From Candidatus Micrarchaeia archaeon (GTDB lineage: Archaea; Micrarchaeota; Micrarchaeia; Anstonellales; J096), in assembly GCA_041500865.1 (NCBI GenBank), contig JBGQMY010000019.1, forward strand, positions 1 to 24,056: 24,056 bases of DNA, written 5' to 3'. Shown one piece after another: positions 17,177-24,056 of this stretch. The notes beneath the pieces were generated by a model. The model was not told the origin of the DNA, made no database searches, and saw only the letters and a program-made list of their open reading frames with translations. Each line of letters starts with the position of its first letter. Positions within the stretch are counted from its first letter, which is position 1. The position numbers and the translations under genes were made by a program.

Positions 17177-17857
17177 TCAGCCCCCCAACGACCTGAAAAA
17201 CAGCGAGAATGCCGCGACAAGGACCAGGAGCCCGATCAGGGACGACAGATGGAATCCGAGGAGGAGCAGCCCTGCCAATGAAAACACCGTGGCAAGAAGC
17301 CATGCGGGCCAGCTCCACCTCACGACCTTGCTGCCGTCAAGCGGATAGAGCGGAAGCAGGTTGAAGAAAGCGAGGAAGAAATTCGCATAGGCGCCCAGGT
17401 ATGAGACAGTCCCAATCCATGAAACGGAGTAAAACATTATGCCGGCAATGAAAAAGAAAAGCGCAACCGCGATGTTGGCAAGGGGCCCTGCAATGGATAT
17501 TATGCCGTTCTCCCTTGCTCCAAGGAACCTTGCGTAGATGTACACGGCGCCAGGCGCAAGGAACAGCGGGATTCCCCCCAATCCCGGAATCAGGGACAGC
17601 AGGGCAAGCCCGACCATAAGCAGCAGCCCCGCGCGCCAGGCCTGGAAGGAGGCATATGCGCCGAACGCATTGGCGACCAGCTTGTGCATCATTTCGTGCA
17701 GGATAAAGCCTGCGCCTATCGTAACCGTGAAAACTGCCATCATTGACGCGAACCCCAAAGGCCCGGCATACCCGGAATAGATAGTAAGCGAAAGGGATAT
17801 CGCGAAAACCGATATGAGGATATCTGCCGCTTCCCTCTTGTCAATGTTGAACATCAT
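17177..17857 (-). CDS. Site-2 protease family (M50) membrane metalloprotease
   Basis: HEMMH, AGPLAN and FNLLPLYPLDG motifs. Start reassigned to ATG 17857/17854. Confidence 0.92.
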   Translation of the reverse strand: MMFNIDKREAADILISVFAISLSLTIYSGYAGPLGFASMMAVFTVTIGAGFILHEMMHKLVANAFGAYASFQAWRAGLLLMVGLALLSLIPGLGGIPLFLAPGAVYIYARFLGARENGIISIAGPLANIAVALFFFIAGIMFYSVSWIGTVSYLGAYANFFLAFFNLLPLYPLDGSKVVRWSWPAWLLATVFSLAGLLLLGFHLSSLIGLLVLVAAFSLFFRSLGG

Positions 17858-17912
17858 CGCAAGCGCTATGACAGGATACGCTTTTATTGCTTTCCGAACA
17901 ATGGGAAATGCG

Positions 17913-18746
17913 ATGAAGGAAATACTCATAAGGAAGGGCGACGGGACGACAGAGCCGTTTGACGCAGGCAAGCTGCGGCTTTCCATGAGGAAGGCAGGGG
18001 CCAGCCAGGCTGAGGCGGACGAGGTGACTGATGCCGTGATGTCCGTGCTGAAGGCCGGCATGTCCACAAAGGAAATCTACGGCATAGCGTTCAAAGAACT
18101 TAAGAGGATAAGCAAAAAGGCGGCATCCAAGTTCGGCCTGAAGGCGGCCCTTTTCAAGCTCGGGCCCGAAGGCTACCCCTTTGAGACGTTCATAGGCGCC
18201 ATGCTGAAAGGGCGCGGGTATTCCACAAAGCTTAGGCAGACATTGAGCGGCAGGTGCGTGACCCATGAGATGGACGTAATTGCCGAAAGGCCGGCGGTGA
18301 ACGGCAAGCCTGCCACCAAGGCTGCGATTGAGTGCAAGTTCCATAACGCCATGGGGACGCTCTGCCACGTCCAGACCGCACTCTACTGCTGGGCAAGGTT
18401 CCTTGACATAAGGGAGACCAATCCGGACATAGACTCCATGTGGCTCGTGACAAACACCAAGTTCTCGCTTGACGCGATACAGTACTCCGACTGCATAGGC
18501 CTTAAGCTGCTTGGGTGGAGCTTCCCTGGGGACGAGAGCCTGCAGGTAAGGATAGAGGAAAACAGGCTTTATCCGATAACGGTTTTGCACTCATTGGACA
18601 GGATGTCATTTTCCCTGCTGAACGGGGCAGAGATTCTCCTTGTCAAGGAAATCATTGAAAAAGGCGAAAGCGGACTGACAGCATTGGGAATACCCGGAAG
18701 CAAGGCGGAGCAGCTTTTTGAGGAGGCGGAGCGCCTGCTGAAATAG
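17913..18746 (+). CDS. ATP-cone domain fused to a Mrr-like PD-(D/E)xK restriction-endonuclease domain
   Basis: IRKGDGTTEPFDAGKLRLS..MSTKEI (ATP cone), then GYPFE, HEMDVIAE, IECKFHN and WLVTNTKFS (Mrr_cat-like). Confidence 0.85.
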   Translation: MKEILIRKGDGTTEPFDAGKLRLSMRKAGASQAEADEVTDAVMSVLKAGMSTKEIYGIAFKELKRISKKAASKFGLKAALFKLGPEGYPFETFIGAMLKGRGYSTKLRQTLSGRCVTHEMDVIAERPAVNGKPATKAAIECKFHNAMGTLCHVQTALYCWARFLDIRETNPDIDSMWLVTNTKFSLDAIQYSDCIGLKLLGWSFPGDESLQVRIEENRLYPITVLHSLDRMSFSLLNGAEILLVKEIIEKGESGLTALGIPGSKAEQLFEEAERLLK

Positions 18747-19676
18747 TCAATATGACTCCAGCAGGCCTGTCATCTCGTCTATCTTCTTTAGCCTGGACAC
18801 CGCATTCCTCATCTCCGCGCTTTCCGGAAACCCCCTGAGGAAGAAAAGCGCCTTCATCCTTATGTCGGCAACATCCGTGCGCCCAAGCTTGCCGCACCTT
18901 CCGATGTATTCAAGGAGCATGGCCTTCCTGGCTTCAAAGCCCTTGCTTTCTTCGCCTTTGAAAAGGTAGGGATTGGACATGGCGCCCCTCCCCACCATGA
19001 ACCCGTCGCAATAGCCATCCTCAACAAGCCTCTTTCCCTGGGCGACGGACGTTATGTCACCGTTGCCGATAACGGGTATTGAAAGTCCCCCTTTTATTTC
19101 TTTAATCGCATTCCAGTCCGCCTTGCCGGAATAGCCCTGCTCCGCAGTCCTTCCGTGCACGGTTATGAAGTCCGCGCCCGATTTTTCCGCTGATTTGCAG
19201 ACCTCAAGCGTTTTTTCCGCGCTTCCAAGTATCCTTACCTTTGCCGAAACGGCCTTGCAGTGCTTGCGGCATTCCTTGACTATTTCCGCAATCCGCCCCG
19301 GGGTTTTTAGCAGCGCTGCACCGCCACCGCTTGCAATGACGTTTCGCATCGGGCATCCGCAGTTGACGTCAAACCACTCAATAAAAGGGAACCTCCTGCT
19401 TATGGCGTCGATAGCATTCCCGAAATCCGCAGGCTCCTTCCCGAAAAGCTGTATGCCGGTCCTTCCCTTCTCTGACTTGGAAAGGTCTATGCGGTTGATT
19501 GAATCCGGGGAATGCCTTATTGCAATCACGCTTACGAGCGGGACTTCGGCAAAGCCCGCGCCTGCGTCAAGGCACATCTGCCTGAACGGGAGGCTGGAGT
19601 ATTCTGATATGGGCGCAAGAAAGGACGCGTTTTCCAGCCTCATGCAATCAAAAGAAAAAAGCGGTTGGGGAATCAC
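18747..19676 (-). CDS. dus: tRNA-dihydrouridine synthase family protein
   Basis: LAP, IQLFG, DVNCGCP, GGGAALL, TVHGRT, VIGNGDI and MVGRGA motifs. The GTG start overlaps the upstream TGA. Confidence 0.92.
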   Translation of the reverse strand: MIPQPLFSFDCMRLENASFLAPISEYSSLPFRQMCLDAGAGFAEVPLVSVIAIRHSPDSINRIDLSKSEKGRTGIQLFGKEPADFGNAIDAISRRFPFIEWFDVNCGCPMRNVIASGGGAALLKTPGRIAEIVKECRKHCKAVSAKVRILGSAEKTLEVCKSAEKSGADFITVHGRTAEQGYSGKADWNAIKEIKGGLSIPVIGNGDITSVAQGKRLVEDGYCDGFMVGRGAMSNPYLFKGEESKGFEARKAMLLEYIGRCGKLGRTDVADIRMKALFFLRGFPESAEMRNAVSRLKKIDEMTGLLESY

Positions 19677-20209
19677 CCGACTCCCAAAACCGAAGCGAGC
19701 GCCTTTGCGTCCAGGAACCTCGCCACGCCCTCGACCGTTGCGCCTATCACAAAGGAAACCGCCCAGAGGATGCCGCCGAGCACTATCGCCGTGGCGACGT
19801 TGCCCCTCTGTATCTCCTTCATGAAGTTTATCTCCACCGATATCTTCTCGACCATCCTTATGGCAAGATAAACGACTACGATGGAAATCACCACGCTCAC
19901 TATCAGGTTGAACAGGCTCACGAGGAAGGCAATCAGCATCGCCTGCATGCCCACGTCAGGGTTTATGCTCATGACGAGGCTCAGCACTCCGGCCTTCACG
20001 ACGGTCGCGATTGACAGTATGACCGCTATCATGAGGATGCCGACTGCGACGTTGCCCTTCTGTATCTCCTTCATCTCCTCGATGCCCTTTGTCAGCCTGT
20101 CAAACATCTTCATCCCAAGATAGACAGCTGCCATCGAGAGGACAAGGCCGACTACGACCTGCACTATGGCTATTACGAACCCAGATACCAACGAACCCAT
20201 GTCTGCCAT
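19673..20209 (-). CDS. DUF350 membrane protein (two internal repeats)
   Basis: MKEIQKGNVAVG and MKEIQRGNVATA repeats set between hydrophobic helices. Confidence 0.8.
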   Translation of the reverse strand: MADMGSLVSGFVIAIVQVVVGLVLSMAAVYLGMKMFDRLTKGIEEMKEIQKGNVAVGILMIAVILSIATVVKAGVLSLVMSINPDVGMQAMLIAFLVSLFNLIVSVVISIVVVYLAIRMVEKISVEINFMKEIQRGNVATAIVLGGILWAVSFVIGATVEGVARFLDAKALASVLGVG

Positions 20210-20323
20210 TTTATCACCTATAAATTTATCCTGATTTCATCGTCCCGCGAACCATTTAAAAAACAGCGCTGTCCCACCCGTTTTTAAACGTTTCACTAAT
20301 ATACATGGAAAGGTGATTCTATC

Positions 20324-21424
20324 ATGGACAATACCGCTAACGCACCGGCAGGCGCAGCCGGCACCACAATGCTGGCCGCAATCGGCATCGTTTTCCTTGT
20401 CATAGGCATAGGGATAGGCTACGTGGCCTTCTCCGCGCCTTCAACGGGGGGCACAGTCACGACTGTGAACAGCACCGCGGTAAAATACGCCGAATCCGGC
20501 AATTACACGATAAATGAAACTGCGATAAGGGCGCAGATAGCGGCCTTCAACAGGATAAACGAATTGAGGGGCGCGAACTTCTCGCTTATATACCAGAGCT
20601 CCAAGGTTGACGATGACGGGCTAATCGAGGCGCTTGTGCTGGACACAAGCACCGGAAGCGCGGCAAAGGTGTATTTCAGCAAGACAGGCAAATACATAAA
20701 CATCATGGATGCCACGCAGCAGTTCCCAATAGACGTGGTCAACTACTCTATCCAGATGGAGGCCGCGGCAGCCAACGCTTCAGTGGCAGCGTCCACTGCC
20801 AACAAGACCGACAAGCCGACAGTTGAGCTGTTTGTCATGAGCTACTGCCCATACGGAACGCAGGAGGAGAAGGGAATAATACCTGCCGTTGAAGCGCTAA
20901 AGGGCAAGATAAACTTCAGCGTGAAATTCGTCTATTACTCGATGCACGGCTGGAAAGAGATGGAAGAGAACACGAGGCAGTACTGCATCCAGAAGGAGCA
21001 GAACGACAGGTACATCCCGTACCTGGCGTGCTTCCTCAACGACAGCAACTACTCGAGGTGCATCGTGAACGCCAACATAAGTCAAGCTTCGCTTGGCGCA
21101 TGCATGAACGCCACTGACGCGGCATACAACATAACGGGGATATACAACGACCAGGCCAACTGGCTGAACGGTCAGTTCCCGGTATACCCGATAGACATGG
21201 CGGAGAACCAGCTATATGGCGTGCAGGGAAGCCCGACGCTCATTATAAACGGAGCGGCGGCTTCCAGCGGTAGGAATTCCGCATCCCTGCTTTCGGCGAT
21301 ATGCAACGCGTTCAGCGTTGAGCCGGCGGAATGCGGCACAACGCTTTCCAGCGTGTCTCCTTCCTCAGGCTTCGGATACACGGGCGCAGGGGATTCGGGA
21401 GCGGCAGCGCAGTGCGGCGGCTGA
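20324..21424 (+). CDS. Membrane-anchored thioredoxin-fold (DsbA/GILT-like) protein
   Basis: N-terminal TM helix, VELFVMSYCPYG, GVQGSPTLIING (cis-Pro loop) and several extra Cys. GGTGA RBS and TTTTTAAAC box upstream. Confidence 0.8.
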   Translation: MDNTANAPAGAAGTTMLAAIGIVFLVIGIGIGYVAFSAPSTGGTVTTVNSTAVKYAESGNYTINETAIRAQIAAFNRINELRGANFSLIYQSSKVDDDGLIEALVLDTSTGSAAKVYFSKTGKYINIMDATQQFPIDVVNYSIQMEAAAANASVAASTANKTDKPTVELFVMSYCPYGTQEEKGIIPAVEALKGKINFSVKFVYYSMHGWKEMEENTRQYCIQKEQNDRYIPYLACFLNDSNYSRCIVNANISQASLGACMNATDAAYNITGIYNDQANWLNGQFPVYPIDMAENQLYGVQGSPTLIINGAAASSGRNSASLLSAICNAFSVEPAECGTTLSSVSPSSGFGYTGAGDSGAAAQCGG

Positions 21425-21435
21425 AACCTTTCCCT

Positions 21436-21601
21436 TTTTTAATTTCTTATTTTTCTGTTTCAAAAAGTCAGGGCCAGCCCCCTGATTTTTAATTTCTTCT
21501 TTTCTTCGGTATGGGAACCAAGGTCCCCCTGACGCTCCACCCCCCCTCATTTAGGGTCTGTAGACCTTGGATGGCGCCGCTTTTTAATTTCTTCTTTTCT
21601 T
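21436..21601 (+). repeat. Three direct repeats TTTTTAATTTCTT(C/A)TTTTCT(T) with hairpin-containing spacers
   Basis: Copies at 21436-21456 (variant), 21486-21506 and 21581-21601. The last two are identical over 21 nt. Confidence 0.8.
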
Positions 21602-21611
21602 AATTATTACT

Positions 21612-21696
21612 GCAGGGGTCGCCAAGCCTGGTCAAAGGCGCAGTGCTTAGGACCCTGTCTCTCTGGAGTTCGTGGGTTCAAATCCCACCCCCTGCA
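21612..21696 (+). tRNA. trnL: tRNA-Leu(TAG)
   Basis: GCAGGGG/CCCCTGC-A acceptor, long variable arm, anticodon TAG at 21648-21650, T-arm GTGGG-TTCAAAT-CCCAC. One U.C mismatch in the anticodon stem. Confidence 0.92.
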
Positions 21697-21702
21697 AAAG
21701 CC

Positions 21703-21882
21703 CCTTTTCTTCGCGAAGAAAAGGCCCTTGGGTTCAAAAGAAGGCATTTTGGAAAAAGAAAGCCTTTTGGTGCCTGCGGGCACTTCGGAAAAAGCCCGGG
21801 AAAAAACCGACTGTTGCTTTTGCGAAGGAAAGCTCCTGCGGAAAGAAAACTACTTTCGACCCCTGGGTTCAAACGAAGACAT
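21703..21882 (+). repeat. tRNA-3'-associated palindromic repeat element (about 2 units)
   Basis: Perfect 22-bp palindrome CCTTTTCTTCGCGAAGAAAAGG (21703-21724), CAAAAGAAGGCATTTTGGAAAAAGAAAGCC, GTGCC-TGCG-GGCAC (21770-21783), and a degenerate second unit at about 21812-21856. Confidence 0.75.
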
Positions 21883-21945
21883 GAAAAAATAAAGCATCTG
21901 CCCTGTCGCCAACACGAACAGGGCAAAGCCGTTCTCAAGCCAGAT

Positions 21946-22545
21946 TCAGAAGCGCATCAATGCGTCAAACTTTCCGTACGCCTTCTGCACCAGCTCGCGT
22001 GATTTCGGGTTTCCCCAGTCATGCATCCACTCCGATATCAGGGAAAGGCACGTTGTTGGCACAACTCCGACCTGGAGCATCCGCTTTATGCCGTACTTGT
22101 GCGCATCCTTTGTGGCATCGCCTGCCGCGTCCATCAAACCGTAAACGTCAAGGCCCTCGCGCACCCCGTGTATCGCTGTGTATGCAAAGCACATGCTTGT
22201 CCAAAGGCCGGAAACGACTATCTTGGAGCGCCCGGTCTTCTTGACTGCGTTCCACACCTGCTCGTCTTCGAATGCGTCAAAGCCCGGGACCTTGCGCGCA
22301 TACACCTCTGTTTTCGGGAACAGGTCTGTTATGCTCTTTATGAAATCGCCGTTGCCTTTTGGATATATTGACGTCAAGACAACCGGCACGCCGAGGATGC
22401 TCGCGGCCCTTGCGGCTGCTATCGCGCTGTTCGCGATTGAGGTCCTGTCCCCTGAGCCAACGCCCCTGAACATCGCGGGCTGGTAGTCCACAAGGACCAA
22501 GGCGCTATTCTTTACCGACAAAAAATCGAGTTTCGTGTTTTTCAT
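21946..22545 (-). CDS. Isochorismatase-family cysteine hydrolase (YcaC-like)
   Basis: ALVLVDYQP, VPVVLTS, SGLWTSMC, DAAG and SEWMHDW. AGGTGG RBS. Confidence 0.9.
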   Translation of the reverse strand: MKNTKLDFLSVKNSALVLVDYQPAMFRGVGSGDRTSIANSAIAAARAASILGVPVVLTSIYPKGNGDFIKSITDLFPKTEVYARKVPGFDAFEDEQVWNAVKKTGRSKIVVSGLWTSMCFAYTAIHGVREGLDVYGLMDAAGDATKDAHKYGIKRMLQVGVVPTTCLSLISEWMHDWGNPKSRELVQKAYGKFDALMRF

Positions 22546-22611
22546 GCAACCACCTAGTCATTGGAGGTAAACGGAACTTAAAAGTTTTGCGTTTTTGCCG
22601 GACAAACGGAC

Positions 22612-23496
22612 TCAGATGACCGCAATGAGCGCCGAAAGCGTGAGCATTGACGCTATTGTCGTGACAGCCACGATGGAAGCGAAAGTGCCTACCTCCGGAT
22701 TATTGTATTTCGTGGAAAATACGACTGTGCTTATCGCGACTGGAGTGGCAGCCTGTATCATGAAACCGCGGAACGCGTCCCCTGAAAGGCTGAAGTACAT
22801 CGCAACCAGCAAGGCAAGCGCCGGAACCAGGAAAAGCTTGAATGCGGAAACCGCAAGAACAAAGCCGTCCCAGGCCTTCCTGAGGTCCATCATTGCCAGC
22901 CTGCACCCTATTATGAGAAGGCTTGCCAGTATGTCGCCCTTGCCCAGCCATTCCACTGAAAATGATATGGGGTCCGGAAGCGTGATGTTAAAGATGGACA
23001 TGGAAACCGCGAATACCGCTGAATAGAATAACGGGAGCTTCAGGAACTCCGGGACACCATTGGTTTTCCCGCTTATCCTTGATATGCCGTATGAGAACGT
23101 CAAAAGCACGCCGACTGTCTGGAAAACCGCGGCATGGACAAATGCGTCCGTCCCAAAGGCGAGAAGGGCGATGGGCATGCCAATATATCCTGTGTTCATC
23201 ATGAACGAGCACATGCCAAGCACAAGGTGCTTCCCCCTGTCAAGCCCGAATAGCCTTGCAAGGATTTCGGCAAGCAGTATGAGAACGATGAACAAAACCG
23301 CAGATGCAAACGCCGTTGAAATCATTGTTGAATCTAATCTCCTGACGCTTAGCGCGTATATCGTAAGGCACGGATTGAGTAGGTATATGCTCAGGTCAGT
23401 GAGCGAAAGCGAATCGACGTTGAAGCGCCTCTTGAGCAGGTAGCCGGCGCCAGCAACGAGGAATATCGGGAAAACGGACAGTAGTATGTCGGGCAT
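22612..23496 (-). CDS. AEC (auxin efflux carrier/malonate permease) family transporter
   Basis: MNTGYIGMPIALLAFG, PLFYS, KLFLVP and QAATPVA motifs, with about 10 TM segments. Confidence 0.9.
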   Translation of the reverse strand: MPDILLSVFPIFLVAGAGYLLKRRFNVDSLSLTDLSIYLLNPCLTIYALSVRRLDSTMISTAFASAVLFIVLILLAEILARLFGLDRGKHLVLGMCSFMMNTGYIGMPIALLAFGTDAFVHAAVFQTVGVLLTFSYGISRISGKTNGVPEFLKLPLFYSAVFAVSMSIFNITLPDPISFSVEWLGKGDILASLLIIGCRLAMMDLRKAWDGFVLAVSAFKLFLVPALALLVAMYFSLSGDAFRGFMIQAATPVAISTVVFSTKYNNPEVGTFASIVAVTTIASMLTLSALIAVI

Positions 23497-23598
23497 CAGG
23501 CAAGTAAAGGGCAGTTGGGTATTTATTTCTTACTGGGGCCATGCCGCATGAATGGAAACGGAAAATTTTGCCGCGCACCCCCTTTGAAAGAGCCTGGC

Positions 23599-24056
23599 TC
23601 ATGCGATGAAGCTGCCCAGCATCTGCGAAAGGGCCCAGCGTATGGCAAACAGGATGCCAAGCGAAATGGCAAGAATGATGGGAAAATACTTGAGGCCGTC
23701 AAGCCTTTTTCCGGAATGCATGACGCCGACCGCCATGCAGCCAAAGAAAACTGTTACAACAATCGAGGCAGCGGCAAAAAGCGAAACCGCATCGGAGCTG
23801 AGCTGCAGCTGTCCCTTGAAAAGGCCGATCTGGCCTGACAAGGCGCCGGTTGCCGCCTCTGAGCCGGAACCCGCCATGTTTTGCTTGATTTTGAGCATGA
23901 TGTCCACAAGGAACGTCGAAACCCCGTAGAGGAGGGGGGCGCCGAAGCTTATTGCCGCAACTATGAAAAGGACGTAGTTGAGGATGACCGAGCTTGTTTC
24001 GCGGCGGAGGGAGCTGGATTTCCTCATGTCCATCGCAGTCTTTTCAAGCAGTTCCG
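23599..24056 (-). CDS. Type II secretion system F family / archaeal pilus assembly membrane protein (C-terminal part, truncated by window)
   Basis: Frame is open to the edge: ELLEKTAMDMRK..LRRE....YVLFIVAAISFGAPLLYGVS, with GVMHSGKRLDGLKY near the C-terminus, typical of archaeal TadB/TadC/FlaJ-like proteins. Confidence 0.8.
   Translation of the reverse strand, partial: ELLEKTAMDMRKSSSLRRETSSVILNYVLFIVAAISFGAPLLYGVSTFLVDIMLKIKQNMAGSGSEAATGALSGQIGLFKGQLQLSSDAVSLFAAASIVVTVFFGCMAVGVMHSGKRLDGLKYFPIILAISLGILFAIRWALSQMLGSFIA

Noticed and set aside
17814..18067. Apparent long head-to-head overlap of the M50 and ATP-cone genes
   Set aside because: Artefact of longest-ORF calling. Likely starts are 17857 (-) and 17913 (+), leaving a normal divergent gap.
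21436..21601. Triple direct repeat as a mini-CRISPR array
   Set aside because: Repeats are low-complexity and only 21 nt, spacers are very unequal (29 and 74 nt) and self-complementary, and there are no cas genes in the window.
21643..22002. Lys/Phe-rich ORFs over the tRNA-Leu trailer
   Set aside because: They are translations of A/T-tract palindromic repeats and overlap the tRNA.

Overview
Compact, mostly chromosomal archaeal segment. It looks like DPANN, most plausibly Micrarchaeota-like. This placement is an inference from archaeal TATA promoters, an A1:U72 initiator tRNA, a BHB-type tRNA intron, DUF2666, Dph6 and an archaeal T2SS-F/pilus protein. The window holds about 24 CDSs: MFS and AEC transporters, a FecR-domain protein, AMMECR1/AmrA, DUF2666, TPR, Dph6, a NOL1/NOP2/Sun m5C methyltransferase, two large membrane-anchored surface proteins, an S8 lipoprotein protease, an M50 protease, an ATP-cone/Mrr-like nuclease, Dus, DUF350, a DsbA-like protein, an isochorismatase and a T2SS-F fragment. 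There are four tRNA genes: Trp-CCA (28-nt intron), Ala-CGC, iMet-CAT and Leu-TAG. An AT-rich islet carries a DpnI-family nuclease. The most distinctive unexplained signal is a modular palindromic repeat family found just 3' of all four tRNA genes. Its modules are a CTTTTCTT..AAGAAAAG hairpin, CAAAAGAAG and GGAAAAAGAAAGC tails, and a GC hairpin with UNCG-type loops. Other oddities are a triple 21-nt repeat with hairpin spacers upstream of tRNA-Leu, a methyltransferase gene whose stop codon lies inside tRNA-Ala, strong GATC avoidance, and a 58-aa membrane ORF absent from the ORF track. No CRISPR array, integrase or transposase was seen.
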